The translations under genes and the position numbers were made by a program. The notes under the pieces were generated by a model that ran no database searches, was not told where the DNA came from, and was given only the letters and a program-made list of their open reading frames with translations. From contig MU054187.1 in the NCBI GenBank assembly GCA_013239625.1, positions 24,926,433-24,990,432 on the forward strand: a stretch of DNA of 64,000 nt, written 5' to 3'. The stretch comes from Lama guanicoe. Its lineage: Eukaryota. This document shows, piece after piece, positions 1 to 14,023 of this stretch; position 1 is the first letter of the stretch; each line of letters starts with the position of its first letter.

Positions 1-826
1 ATGAAATCTTGCTATTTGCAACAGCATGGATGGACCTAGAAGGTATTATGCTAAGTGAAATAAGACAGAGAAAGATAAGTACTGTATGATTCCACTTATA
101 TGTGGAATCTGAAAAACAAAGCAAATAAACAAACATAACAAAACAGAAACAGAGTTGTATTTAGACAGAATAAACAGGTGATTGCCAGGGAGGTGTTAGG
201 TGTGGGGAGGAAAGAAATAGTAAGGGAGATTAACCTCCAGTTGACACATAAATGAGTCATGGATGTGAAATGAACAGTATGGGGAGGATAGTCAATAACT
301 ATGTAATATCTTTGTATGTTGACATATGGTAACTAGACTTGTGGTGATCACTTTGAAATGTACAGAAATATTGATGTACTATGTTGTGTAACAGAAACTG
401 ACATAGTTTTGTTATGTCAATTATACTTCAAAAACAAACAAATAAACTCATAGAAAAAGAGATCAGATTTGTGGTTACCAGAGGTGGGAGAGAGGAAATA
501 GAAGGAAAACAGTCAAAAGGTACAAACTCCCAGGTATAAGGTAAGTATGTACTAGGGATATAATGTACAACATGATAAATACCATTAACACTGCTGTATA
601 TTATGTATGAAAGGTGTTACGGGAATAAATTCTGAGTTCTCATCATAAGGAAAAAATACATATTTTTCTATTTCTTTAACCTTGTATCTATAAAAGATGA
701 TTCATGTTCACTAAACTCATTGTGATAATCATTTCATGATGTATGTAAGTCAAATCATTGTGCTGTACACCTTTAACTTAGTGATGTATGTTAATTATAT
801 CTCAATAAAACTGGAAGAAAAAAATA
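1..826 (+). mobile_element. LINE-1 3' end (end of ORF2 and 3' UTR), running off the window start
   Basis: Typical L1 ORF2-end text (TTTGCAACAGCATGGATGGACCTAGAAGGTATTATGCTAAGTGAAATAAG), two-module 3' UTR, ends in CTCAATAAAACTGG plus an A-rich tail. Confidence 0.9.
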
Positions 827-2426
827 AAGCTGGGAAAATTATTCAATTAAAACTAATGTACATCCTTTTGAAAAAAGGATATTATTAACTTCATAGTATA
901 AATTTTAATAAAAATAAGTGTTTTTACATGTGAAAGAAATTTAAAGAGAGAAAAGGAGGCAGTTGGCAACACTCATCTGTATTATGGTGGGAAATGCTCT
1001 CCTTCATTCAATACAGAAAATGATCAGAAAAGCATGCAGAATGTGGGTGAGATGAGATGAGAAAGAAAACTCTGAGACACTATTTTCAAATATGTTTTTA
1101 AAACAATGGTATTGTTGTGGATCAAACACTAAAGTTAGTTAGTGTCAAATAACCTATGGTTATTTCTGGCTTCTCTGCTCATGCTTGCATTTATATAGAA
1201 TTGGTCACCCAGAAAGTCTTGTAAATTATTAACCTGGAATCCTCTTCATTACATCCATCTGAGATGGGCTTTATTATTCAGTTTATTGTATTGGTGCAGA
1301 AAGTTGAAGCAGGTGGGGAGGGTCACTTTTCGGTTATAACATAACAGTAACACAGCTAGGAAAAGTTCACTTTCTTGACTCAAACCCTGAGTGTCGATAA
1401 ATTCAGACTTAATCTTTAGGCAACAGTTAATAAGTATTGGAAGTCATAATCAATGAACACCCATAGAGAACACAGCAATACAACTGCTCTCTGTTTTTAC
1501 TTCTTTATTTTTAGTTGCTAAATAAAAACCGCCAAGTGTGTATTTTGTTGTTTGCTGAGTGCTTCCAGGAATGGAGAAGATTGTTAGAGATCGCCCAGAC
1601 TCTCCACGGTCAACTCATGCTTGTGTTCCGCTCCCGAAACTTGTGTGCAGAGGATCTTTCTACACCTTTCTCTCTTCTATAACACATCATGAAGTTTTAC
1701 ACGTAGCACTTTTGGGATCCAGACGGCACAGGGAAACGTCACTGCCTACTAACTCCTTACTGTCAGAGCTTCTGAAGCCACTGTCAAAAATTATTATGCT
1801 TCTTTTGTGGTAAATGATAAGATTTTTTAGTGATTTTATCTTTTTGTGTACTCAGATTTCCAATAAAGTAAAACATTACAGGTGTAATGCTCTTACACTG
1901 CTGCCAGTAGGTAATATGAGCCGGAAGGTGGATTCTATCCTGGAGGCACTCAATGGAATGCATATCTTGTAGCTGGCTGATACCAATCAATGAAGCTTTA
2001 GTTTCAATGTGACCCAGCTGTTTTGGAATTCACCTTGGGTTTAATGTTCCTGGAGCTTTATCCAGAAGACCAAATCACCAGTTAATGACTCCAAGTATAT
2101 GGAATGTTGTCTAGGTACTTACATAGGTAGGCATATTTAATAAAAGGGGGCGAGGGATACTAGATTGCTTCAGAAAATTAAATGGGAACAATGCCTAGAT
2201 CTACTTCTATATATTTGCTTAATGAGGTTGCTCTGTTTTGAGAGATGTATCTTTTTAGGTTAAAAATGGGAAAAGAAATCTCAAGGTATTTAATGAACTA
2301 CAACAATCTTAATATAGACAGTAGTGTTTCTGTCAAGGACAACTCTGCTTGATATAGGATTTGCATTTTGATCTTTTCATGGGTCATTGTGAGTTAGCAA
2401 TGTTAAAAATATAAAATAGAAAATAA

Positions 2427-2544
2427 TTTTTTAAATTGAAGTATAGTCAGTTACAATGTGTCAATTTCTGGTGTACAGCACAATGTCCCAGTCATGCATA
2501 TACATACATATATTTGTTTTCATCTTCTTTTTCATTTAAGGTTA
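2427..2544 (-). mobile_element. 5'-truncated LINE-1 3' tail
   Basis: TTTTTTAAATTGAAGTATAGTCAGTTACAATG is an L1 terminus in reverse; flanked by AGAAAATAA at 2418-2426 and 2545-2553 (TSD). Confidence 0.85.
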
Positions 2545-4420
2545 AGAAAATAAAATTCTTTACTGAAATATTTTAGTGACTTAAAATTCTTTCACCTAAT
2601 ATAAAAGAGTTAAGATTTATTTCAAGGATTTTGTGAAGTACTTATATTCATTGTGATATTTAAAAGATCTTAAATTATAACTTGGAGTTTTTACATATTT
2701 GATGCTGACTTCTTAGTGCAAGATGGAAACATTAAATGGCTCCTTTCGTGTTTGTACTCTGGTCTCTAAACTTTTGGCATTCATCTGTGGGCTATCTGAA
2801 TAGCCCACAAGTCAGACTTTTAACATCTGAATTATTTACTTTAAATGATTGGCTAGGGTTGCTCATGGGTTTTTCTCTCATTAGCATGTGGTTCTAGTGT
2901 CTTTGAAAATAATAAGAAGAATAAGGAGAACAAAAAAATAACAAAGGGCAAATTTCTTGAAATGGGCTGTTGGCTTTCTGTAATAGACTCGTGGCTTAGT
3001 TTGTAAATGGGGACTGGTTGGCAATAGAAGGAATTATTATTCGTGTGCCCATTTATGACATGAAATTCCTAAATGGAGTGCCCCAGATGTGGGAAGTATA
3101 AGACACAGGAATACGTTCTAATACCACCCCCTTCTACTGCAGTGTATCTGATGACTCATTTAGATGGCTTTGGGGACTGGCAGGGGACTTGGGTGGTAAC
3201 CAATTCTTCCATCCGTTGCTGTCACAGTGGCCAAAAGTGGTAGTGTGCTGTAAAGCCACAACGTAAAGGGCTGCCAAGTTATCCTTCTTAAAACACCAGT
3301 TCCGTTCTGTCATTCTCTTTCTTTTACACTATAACGGTCTTTCAGTGTCTGCTGAATGAAATGAAAATTTTATAACTTGGCACTAAGACAATGTGTTACA
3401 GTCAAATGAAATTCATAAAATGGATAAAAGGATACATATATCTAAGGACTGTAATGAACATAGGTCAGTTAAGAAAGATATGTACTGAAAATACCTGGTA
3501 CCTAGAAAATCCTTAATATGTGGTGGTTGTTGTCATTAATCAATGATTACTATGTTCTAGGCACTTTTTCACATATTTATTGGTTTAATCCTGTAAACCA
3601 TAATATAATTATATGATTACACACACACTCTATATATCTTAATTATTTATAAAGATTATGATGATATAAAGAGATAATGGCTGAATGGTGAAAATCATGA
3701 ATAATTTAATAACTTTAGAATTCCTAACAGTTCTTAAGATAAGGCAACTTTTGGGGGACCTGGGTCATAATTTATCTATTTTTGTGTCCCACAACTCACA
3801 AGGTCCCTTGTACTCTGTGCAGACTTATGCCTATATGGTAGTCAAAATGACATATCATGGAACCATACACTTAAAGTAGGAAAAACATGGGCAATCATGT
3901 AATTCTGCTCCCCTCACACAGACAACAGAATTTTAGAAAGAATGAATTTCTAAAGGTCACAAGCTATTTCATTTTGAAGAGTATAGACTAGAATTTAGAT
4001 TGTCTGATTCAGTTTCTAGAGCTATCCAAGTTTTGCTTTGTATGAAATGTCTGTTAATTCCTGGACAGGGAGATGGGGTCCTTGAGGAATACAGAAATAT
4101 TCCTGTAGAATGATTACCACGGTTCGTAGGACCATTGTCTTCACATCATTAGAAACGTGCCATGTGGGAAAGTACTTGGCAGAAGATCCGTGCTTGGCAG
4201 CTGCTTCAGTAATTGTTCCCAATAAAACTAGCTTTTAAGAATAATTCCTTTTATGGAAATGATAAAGATAATCACTTCCTGCAATTTAGTGCCCCAAATG
4301 TACCTGCTATGAGGAGGGAAATTTGGGTCTTTGCTTAGTAGAAGTCTAACGTACACCAGTCCTGGAATTTCTCAGGTAGAAAATTAAATTAAATTTCATG
4401 TTTCTTCAAAATTGGTGCAG

Positions 4421-4422
<2 letters not shown>

Positions 4423-4460
<38 letters not shown>
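4423..4460. repeat. (GT)19 microsatellite
   Basis: Perfect GT run read directly. Confidence 0.98.
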
Positions 4461-4461
<1 letters not shown>

Positions 4462-4751
4462 GGGGTTAGGGGAAGTATCAGGAAGGCTATGATAGGATGT
4501 GGATAAGATTCTCTCACCAAAAGCCCCCCACGCCCTCTCCCTTCACTGATGCTAGACATTGTGGTATGCTCTTTTTTTATAAATTATATTATTTTATTTT
4601 CACTACTAAGTTCAACTCTATCCCTAACTCTCCAGGGGTAATGTTGTTTAAAGAGGTTAGGTAAGTAGCTAAGGCCAGTAGTATGAGAAATGGAATTTTC
4701 ACCTAATTCTGTCTGATTCCTTACATGGTTACATAATACTATACCCTTAAG

Positions 4752-4809
4752 TTTTTTTTTTTAATTGAAGTATAGTCAGTTTACAATGTTGTGTCAATTT
4801 CTGTTGTAC
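4752..4809 (-). mobile_element. Very short LINE-1 3' tail
   Basis: Poly(T) then AATTGAAGTATAGTCAGTTTACAATGTTGTGTCAATTTCTG, same terminus as at 2427, 7120 and 25955. Confidence 0.8.
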
Positions 4810-4939
4810 TTTTATTTTTATCCCATTCAGGCTTGATTTCAAACTCTCTCCCTTCACAGGACACAGACATACATAAGGTGGCTTGGGTTGGGTGCTGATT
4901 TATTACAGAGAAGGGATAAGGTGATAATTATTATGCCAT

Positions 4940-5483
4940 GTAGATAGTAATTTGTATCTAAATACCATGTTTTTCTTTATCCTGATGATAGGATGATGGA
5001 GTGCCACCATTGATTAAGGTAACTAGTGGTCTGTTAATGGGCCCAGACGTTTTCAAATAAATATACCTGAACCAGGCAGGATTCAGACATTGAGAAAAAC
5101 AAGTCCTTGTCAACCCCTTATTGCTCTTGATTTTCTTGTAAAGAGCTGTAATTATTCTGAAGCTTGGCTTATGACACCAAACTTTGGTTTTCCATGACTC
5201 CCATCCCGTTCCTCTGATCACAGGTTTGTTACCCTGTCTCTGCCCGTCCAACTGCTTGGCTTGCTGCCACATGACCTGCCATTATCACCACCAGAATTTA
5301 AACAATACCTCTTTCGGCACACTGAACAATGAGAAGCTTTCACATTTATAAATGAAAGATGTATTTTATCCTCATAATGACAGCCAGCTTTGTATCCTTT
5401 TGCAGATACAGAGATTGACCCACCAAACTGTCCAAATAACACGCTGGCTACTCTGACCCAGTTCAACAAAAATTGACCACCAT
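4940..5483 (-). mobile_element. Possible old ERVL (MLT2-like) LTR
   Basis: Right end CTGACCCAGTTCAACAAAAATTGACCACCA resembles the reverse complement of the MLT2 start; left boundary uncertain. Confidence 0.35.
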
Positions 5484-6491
5484 GGGGCTTCTATGCTATG
5501 TGCTCGGCACAGAAAGATAAATAAGCTTTATGCCCCGGAGTTTTCTGACTACTCTCAGAGATCATTACACATCACTTAGTGTCAACAGAACAGCCTCAGT
5601 GATGACATAGGTGATCTGCCAGCACAAGGAAGTGGCATTTACAGCAGCTGGTGGGTACAGGGCCTCTTGCTTTGTACAGCAGCAGAGACCTGCCACACAT
5701 GGTTAGAACAACAGCCACACTGTAGCACAGAACGCTGTATTCACCAGCAGCTGGAAAGATGACACCCACCGTTGTAAACGGACTTGAAATGAAAGTCTTC
5801 ACAGACGTTATAGTTTTGTGTTCCACACATAGTCATAGGATGGTCATTCCCTATGTCATCTCCACGACTGGCCCTACACAGGCTAACAGTATCTTTTGGC
5901 AGAAGAGAAGACTCTCCAGGAGTAAGCTCAGAAGGCCTTTATTGCCACTAAACCTCTCCAGTCTGCTTTCACAGCATGAAACCCCTTTACACTGCCTTAC
6001 AGGGCTCGATTAGAGAAAACCTAAATGTAACCCTCCTGAGAATACAAACTTAAAAAGACATAAACCTCGGGCCTAATCCATGGCAGGCAGCATGCTAAAC
6101 ATTTTTGTGTAATTGTTCAATCAATCCCCAGAGTAGTATGAGGTAGACACTAACCTTCTTTCCCTTGACAGCCGAGGAAGCAACACAAAGGCTCAGAGAA
6201 GGGGAGGGATTTCTCCAAGTCTCACAGCCTGAGTCAGGATGCAAATGTAAGACTATTTAACTTCACAGTAGCCAGATCCAGGTGGCATGAGTAAAGATTA
6301 GGTGGAAATGACTGACAGAAGAAAATTTCCTAAGGGAAAAGGAAGAAGTAAATCAAAAAGGGAAACATTGCAGGGAAAAGTGCAGAAAATGAGAGCTATA
6401 GTGGCTTAATATAAGTATATCTTGGGGAGCTTTTGGTGAGAGAATCTTATCCATATCCTATTATAGCATTCCTGATACCTTCCCCAACCCC

Positions 6492-6492
<1 letters not shown>

Positions 6493-6526
<34 letters not shown>
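6493..6526. repeat. (AC)17 microsatellite
   Basis: Perfect AC run read directly. Confidence 0.98.
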
Positions 6527-6529
<3 letters not shown>

Positions 6530-7119
6530 TGAATGGCGGGAGCTAGTATCATCATTACTAGCAGTAGCAATAACACTGAGAAATAGTAATAGTTGTGACA
6601 TAGGAATGGTGGTAGGATCCATCCTCAATGAGGTGAACCTTGTGTCAGTTGCTTAGGGGAGGAGGCAAGATCTTCAGACAGGAAATCAGAATTCAGGAGA
6701 TCTGGGTCTTAGGCATGAAAAGTCTCTTCTGCTTCTCTTGGGGATCTGGACTTGGAAATGTCTGGGTGATATTTTAGGTGGGAAAGAAAAGCTAATTGGT
6801 CAGCCACACAGGGATGTAGATTAAGAGGCGGCCCTGTGGGGACTCTATCTGTAGCTCTATATGAGGTTTAGCTGGTATATCAGATTATTAAATTATAGGT
6901 AATTTCCTTTTTGTTCCTCCAAGTCTTTTTTTCAGTCTATTTTCGTTTGTCACCCCAGATTTGCTATGAGTCATGTAGGAAATTGGGATTTTCCTGACTC
7001 AAACTTCATCTTTATTGGGGTTATACACAACTTAAACCCCTTACTTGGGCCCTGGTTCTCCTTCTCAATAATAGAAGGTAAAGCCAGGGACACAAGCTCC
7101 CCATAAGGACCCTTCATTT

Positions 7120-7729
7120 TTTTTCAATTGAGTTATAGTCATTTTACAATGTTGTGTCAGTTTCTGGTGTACAGCACAATTCTTCAGTCATACATGAATA
7201 TACATATATTCATTTTCATATTCTTTTTCACCATGAGCTACTACAAGATATTGAATATATTTCCCTGTGCTATATAGTATAAACTTGTTTATATATTTTA
7301 TATATACTAGTCAGTATCTGCAAATCTTGAACTCCCAGTTTCTCTCTTCCCATCCCCCTGGCAACCACAAGTCTGTATTTTATGTCTATGAGTCTGTTTC
7401 TGTTTTATGTATAAGTTCATTTGTCTTTTTTTTTAATTCCACATATAAGTGATATCATGTGGTATTTTTCCTTCTCTTCCTGGTTTACTTCACTTAGAAT
7501 CACATTCTCCAGGGCCATCCATGTTGCTGCAAATGGCATTATGTCATCATCTTTTATGGCTGAATAGTATTCCATTGTATAAGTATACCACAACTTCTTT
7601 ATCTAGTCATCTGTTGATGGACATTTAGGTTGCTTCCATGTCTTGGCTATTGTATATATTGCTGCTATGAACATTGGGGTGCATGTATCTTTTTGAATTA
7701 GGGTTCCCTCTGGGTATATGCCCAGGAGT
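7120..7729 (-). mobile_element. 5'-truncated LINE-1 (3' UTR and end of ORF2)
   Basis: Poly(T), L1 terminus and ORF2 C-terminal motifs (CATCTGTTGATGGACATTTAGGTTG); TSD CCCTTCATTT at 7110-7119 and 7733-7742. Confidence 0.92.
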
Positions 7730-10069
7730 TTCCCCTTCATTTGTAATTATGAAGTTCTTGCTTTTAATTTTATCAAGAATGCTTTCAGGTGTTCTGGCTG
7801 GCACTTAATCATATACTATGGTTTTCTTCCAAGTTTAGTATATTTAATATAATCTTATTTTTCTATTAGATTATATTTCTATTATTGTACATTGTAAAAA
7901 ATCATCTGTAGCATTTGGCACAATGACCTGTAGGTGAGTATTTAGTAAAGATATTTACTCTTTATCTAAAATGTGATATTAATTTAGACATCAGCATTGT
8001 ATTTCCCTGGTCTTCCAGACTTTTTGGTACTTCAGATATTTCTGTATGTGATTAAGATTGTCACTCAGCTGTCAATAAACAGCAGAAAAAATGGGGAAAA
8101 AAGATTGTTACTTAATAGGTTTTTAATAAAATTGGAGCATGCCTTAGAAGATAATTAAATTCCAGGGTTCTCAATTCTCCAAAAATGTACAGCTGTGGGC
8201 TAATTCTAGTACCCACTGCTCAAAAAGAGCTGACACAAAACTTAGGTAAAGGTATCTTGCTATGTAAGAAATTGCTTTTTAATTCATATCTTGAGAACAT
8301 AAATTACTAAAAATTTGTTATAGAAGCTAGATGTGAGAAGCCAGAAGAGCCTATAGATGAGATGAAGTAATTAAAGCGAATGCATCTTAAATATTTAGGA
8401 AGTGGTGCTTATACAGTCAATTCTGTTACCCTCCTAAAATGTGACCCAAACTGATTTCTAATGAATAATATACACTGTAGTAGCATTTCCTTCTCCATTA
8501 GGTTGTAAATTAATTTTAAATTGTGCTTTCATTCCCTAAATTTGATGATGAGATCTTGAGCAGGATTAATACTTGAGAGCATAATATTTCTGTTGGATAA
8601 ATAAGAACCTCCACTATGTATGTAAAGAATCTTTTGTCTACAGGGCTCAGCCACATTTCTTTCCCTGTAAGATGAGGAGTAGTCACTCTGACTCAGTCTA
8701 GAACGAGGGGGTGCAGCCTCAGAGCAGCTCCCAGCACTGACGCTGGTGCAGGGTGCAGAGTTCGGGTGATGAGAGATGAGGGCCAACTGTCAGCCAATTC
8801 AAACACTTATTTGAATTGGTTCCAACTCCAGGGAACATTATAAACAAAACACAGACACTCGTTAGTTAATAGTCTTTGCCTCTACTAATACTACTTGAAA
8901 AAAAAAGTGATTCGATTGAATTCTAACTACATGTCAGGTATTTGTGGCTGTTTGCATTATATGCATTATTTCATTTAGCCCCTTTAACCATCTTATATTT
9001 AGTCATATGAGGTGAGCAAGGTCCCACATTAAGCAGGTAGGGAATCTCAGGCTGACCCAGGTTTGCCTGATTTCAAGCCTGTCCTTTCCAGTCTTACGCT
9101 GTTCGGCCTGAGGTTTTGGAATGTGCTCAAAAGCAGGGGCAATCCTAGCACCACAAACAGCTTTAGACTCTTGGTTGAGAATGGCATTGTGATATTGTAT
9201 GGGCTGCAAGTTCAACCAGAAAAACCCTGTGGTTAATTTCTCAGAAGTAGGGAAATTCACTCACTAAATTATTCCAGCTGTGTTAAGTAGTGATACAGCA
9301 TCTGAGAACCCATGACTGTTGATTAATCTAGTGTTTGTAGATAAGGGGGTGGGCACCACTTAACCTCTGCCCCAACACTGCTGCTTGGCACTTCTGCCTT
9401 TCAGAGGCAGCTCCCAATATTCTTCACAAAGTTATGTCCCCCTTTTTAGTTGTCAGATAAGGAATAGAAAGGGAGTTTTCATAACATGATAACTGGATCC
9501 TATTTGTTAATCATACTTCCTCCTTGTAGGGTTTCAGTGCAAATCCTACAAATAAGGAATCACGTAGGCAGACAGCTGGACGTGAACTTCATAACCCATG
9601 CTGGATCTCTGACAAAAGACTGGTTTGGAGCCTGTGGCTTAGGACTGAGGCTTAAGCAAGGCTTTATAATTTATTCCCCTTGTCTCCGAAAGTTGAGACC
9701 AAAAGCCCAAGGTGTATACTTGCAAAAAAACAGAGGTGGCTGAGGTCTACTTTAAGTCCACTTGCATAAAAACATTTGCACAGAAGCCATCACTATCCTA
9801 CACATACCCTCTCAGCATTCAGTCTCAGCCTTTGCTGAAAGCATCCTGTCACATGTACCCAGGACTCACTCTCTTACGGTATAACTGTCAGCTGTGCAGT
9901 TGGAAGTTAATACCCCTGCAGCAGCCCTCAGGTGGCACGAGTTGAAGGCTAAACATCCCAGCTCCTTCACCTGCCTGTATGGGACAAGTCTGCATACTCT
10001 ATGCTTTCTCCCAGAGTTCTCCAGCAGAACTGAGACTTGGTTGCCTCCAGTGGTAACCTGCTTAATAAC

Positions 10070-10684
10070 TGTAGGCTGTAGAATGATGGCCCCACCTGTC
10101 CATGCCTTAATCGCTGGCACTTGTGAAATTATGTTACATGGGAAAAGAGACTTTGCAGATGTACATAAGGTTATAGATCTTAAGATAGAGAGATCATTCT
10201 AGACTATCCAGGTGGGCCCAGTCTAGTCACATGTGCCCCCCAAAGCAGAGGGTTTTCTTGAGCTGGGGGCTGAAGAGATACTGTGGAAGAAGTCGGAGGG
10301 ATGTGAAGCCTGAGAAGGACTTGATGCATTGTTGCTGGTTCTGAGACAAAAGAACCAATGTTCAAGGAACTGAGAGAGGACTCCTGAGCTAAGGGTGGCC
10401 TGCAGCTGACAGCCAACAAGGAAACACAAACTACAACTACGCGGAACTGGATTCTGCTCGCAGTCTGAATGAGCTTGAAAGGAGAGTCTGCCCCAGAGCA
10501 CCTGGATAAGGCACCAGACTTGCCAGAATCATGGTGTTGGTCCTGGGAGAGTCTCAGCAGAGAACAGGCTCAGCCCTGCTGTGCTGGAGCTTCTGACCCC
10601 TGGCAACTTGGAGACACTAAATTCATGCTGATTAAAGTTACTCAGTTTCCAGTAATTTGTTATGACAGCAATAGAAAACAAGTA
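10070..10684 (+). mobile_element. MaLR solo LTR (MLT1 family, MLT1E-like)
   Basis: MLT1 hallmarks GGGAAAAGAGACTTTGCAGATGT, TATCCAGGTGGGCCCA, and end TTTGTTATGACAGCAATAGAAAAC. Confidence 0.8.
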
Positions 10685-10814
10685 AATTAAGGCATACTCT
10701 CTTGGTATGCTCCCTTCCCTAATTTCACCTTCCTATTCCCCTACTGGTATTTCTTGTGATCCCTTCCCAAATAAACCATTTGCACTTAAATCCCAATTTG
10801 AACCTCAGTGAGGC

Positions 10815-11268
10815 TGTCATGGAGGCATCCAATTCAGTTCTCCCTTTAAGAGAGAAACTTCCATGAGGAGTCAGGCAGCCACATGCCTCCAGCTTCAGGC
10901 CTTCAGTAACTGCACTGTTAGAAATGAAGACATGCCCTCCTTGGGAGCTTCTGGCCAACAACTGGGCTCAGAGGAGTAGCCGAGCCTGATCATTTCTGCC
11001 CAGAGGACACTTCCTCAGACAGCCTCTGTGCTGGCATCTCATTGTGCTGTTTGACACTCTTTAGAGCTGCACCACAGCGTGAGGCTCTTCCTTCCCACAC
11101 ATACTTCCTTTTCCTTCTGTCTTCACAGATGTCAGATTTCTTTGCTGTCTGAGAAGTTTCTTTGTCTAATCCAGGCCCCTCCTTTTTTCCCCACAGGTGT
11201 TACTCCCAATAAATCTCTTGCAATTGTAATTCCATCTTGGCATCTACTTCCCCAAGAACCGAACTGAC
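10815..11268 (+). mobile_element. ERVL solo LTR (LTR16-like)
   Basis: Starts TG, ends CCCAATAAATCTCTTGCA...CCATCTTGGCATCTACTTCC...GAACTGACA as in LTR16; a related LTR end lies at 10690-10810. Confidence 0.65.
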
Positions 11269-11834
11269 AAACCAACCAAAAACACACACTGAGGTTTGTC
11301 CAAGAAGGCAGAGCTTACCTAGAGCATCTTCCACATTGAAATAAAATCAGATATATAAGAAAGGAAGTGGAGAGTAACTACATGTGTGTTATGGCATAAT
11401 AACACTCCCCATTAAAAACTGTGGTCCAGTAAATATCCCAGAATCTAACAGTTCTGAACAACCCCACAGGAAGTAGGAAGAGATAAGCTTGTGATTGAGG
11501 ACACTCAGCTGGGGAATCAAGAAACATTGACCTCTTCTGTATCTCTCCACACCTCCGTCCAGTATACTGATGTGCACAGGATAGGACACAAGGTCTGTTG
11601 ATTGATGGGACTTTATAGCCTACAAGTGAGTATGAAAGTTTCACTGGGGTTTGATAACTTGTCTTAGACAGAACATGACCATTTTTATTCGCCATGTTGA
11701 AATATACCTACTAGAATTAACACCAGGCACACAAAATAGGGCCTTTTGAGATCAGTTCTTGATGTATATTAATCTCATTTAGAGATGTTCAGTACAGTAG
11801 TTTGTGTATAGCATCTGATGGAGGTGGTATTGCC

Positions 11835-12050
11835 AGTGGTTAGTCCTATGGACTTTATGTGACTTGTGTTTGATTCCTGGTCCAATACTAATTAGCTGTG
11901 ACCTTGAACCAATTTCTTAACTTGTTGAATCCTTCCTTTCCTCATCTGTAAAGTGAGGAAAATACTAGTATCTATTTCATTGGGCTATTATAAGGATAAA
12001 TGACAATAAACATAAAGTGCTCAGCAACACCTTACACATTAAGGTCCAAT
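11835..12050 (+). mobile_element. MIR SINE
   Basis: MIR core AGCTGTGACCTTGAACCAATTTCTTAAC...TTTCCTCATCTGTAAAGTGAGG. Confidence 0.75.
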
Positions 12051-12154
12051 ACATACCAGATTGGGAATATAGTATCTAATAATATCTTAGAAAGTTCATG
12101 GGCATACTTTTGTAATACACTGCCTAGAAGAGAGTAGGCATTTGATAACCTCTA

Positions 12155-12560
12155 TATTAATTAGGATAAGCTAAAGTATCTCAATACATAATGGCTCAAA
12201 CACAGTAGAAGTTTATTTTTCCTTTACATAACAGTTCACAGTGGATGTTCCAAGTCAGCAAAGGAAACTCTGCTTCACACAATCATTTAGGGACCTAAGG
12301 TGAATGTGGTGGTAACTTCTTCAACTTGTGATGCTCTTGGTGTCACTCCCCTGTCAGCTGGAGTGGAGTGCAGGAAAGAGCATGAAGGCATCCTCCCGGA
12401 GATTTAAAAGGTGTGGACCAGATCTGAAAATGATGCACTATTTTCCTCTCATTCGAGTGGAGACAAATTAGTTGCATGGCCAAACTCAACTTCAATGGAA
12501 ATTGGGAAATGTAAGTACATAAGGGACGGCAGATTTTGTAGACAGTTAAGAGTTTCTACT
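12155..12560 (-). mobile_element. Old MaLR LTR (MLT1J/K-like)
   Basis: ATGGCTCAAACACAGTAGAAGTTTATTTTT and TGCTTCACACAATCATTTAGGGACCTAAGG match reverse old MLT1 LTR patterns. Confidence 0.55.
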
Positions 12561-14023
12561 AACAATATCCTTTTTTGAAGCCACAAGCTCAATGTTGATT
12601 CATTTTTTAAGATAAGATTAAACTTTTCTTTAATGTTAAAACATTTAACACTTAACAAGTTATCATCAAAATTTCCTATAAATCTTTAGGTAAACTTACA
12701 CAGATCACATAATTTTAAAAAATTCTCATTTTATAAATACCAGAAACTCCTAACAGAAAACAGTGAGAGAAGATGTGCACATTGTATGCTACAAACTTAG
12801 GACTTTATTCAGATGTTTATTAAAACAATAGATATTTATAGAATATTTAGTTTTTTTCCAGGGACTGTAGTTTTATGTGGGTGAAACAATAAAACTGATT
12901 TCATCCTCGGATAGCTTGCAATCTGGTAGCAAAATGATATGTCCACCACAAGTTATCATGAAGTTGGAAAATGCAAGTGTTATAGAAGAATGGTAGAAAC
13001 AGATGAGAAAACAACCTCTGTTAGGTGAACGTTGGCTTTCTGTTTCCTTGGCACTTTGAAGTTTTCCAAAAAGAGCCCCTGCGATGTCAAGTCATATGTT
13101 TCTCTCTAAGTCTTCAGTTGGTCACATATCTTGAAAGTCTGCAACTTTTCTTCTCGCTTATCACTCATATAAGCTTACAATTTTTAGTTTTTCAGTTCTA
13201 AAAGGGATCAGCTTTTACTTTAGGGGAAAATTTCTTGATCCAAAATGAAAGTTAGATATCTTTGGTGGTATTCTTGGAAATAAATTCTAAGCAAATTATT
13301 ACAGATGCAGAAACAATTTATATTGTAGGCTTTACAGCCCTGTCTTTTATGCTAATTTTTTGTTTTACAGAGATTATATAATTTCATCTATTTATATAAT
13401 AGTTTACTTTTCAAAATTATTCTGGCAAGAAAATTTTGAGAATGCTCATTACACCAATATCTATTTAAAGATGGAGCTGAAGACAGATAATTTTAAAATT
13501 AATTACAAGGGTATCTCATTAAATGCTTTTTTAAAACTAAGGACAAAATAATTTCCTTTTTCCAAGAGTAAAATATAAGCCTGATTATAATTATGCTATA
13601 TTATATTAGTAAAAAGATATCATTGGTACCAAAATTAAACTTTCTGGAAAATATCACTTCCTATTTAAATTAAAAAGAAGTTTGAAAGCACTATCTTTGT
13701 TCTTTTCTGTTTTCTGTCCTAAAATTCTTTAAGCACAGAGTGCGTGTTTTCTGCTTGGAACAAGTGAGGATGACATTCCAGAGTCTGTGGGTGCATAAGC
13801 TGCTCTTTGAAGGTCTCTTCTAGTCTAACACAGAACCAAATAATTTTCCACTGCATCTCCTTTGTATTTTCTTGATTACAGACAATGAGGCAATTTACTT
13901 TGGATATTTAGTATTTTCTTCTTTTGAAATACTTCCTTCTATTTTCTCATGATGCAAAGATGCTTTTTTACTAGCATCCAAATTGTATTATGTAGTTGAG
14001 ACACGATCAAAGTAAGTCATACT

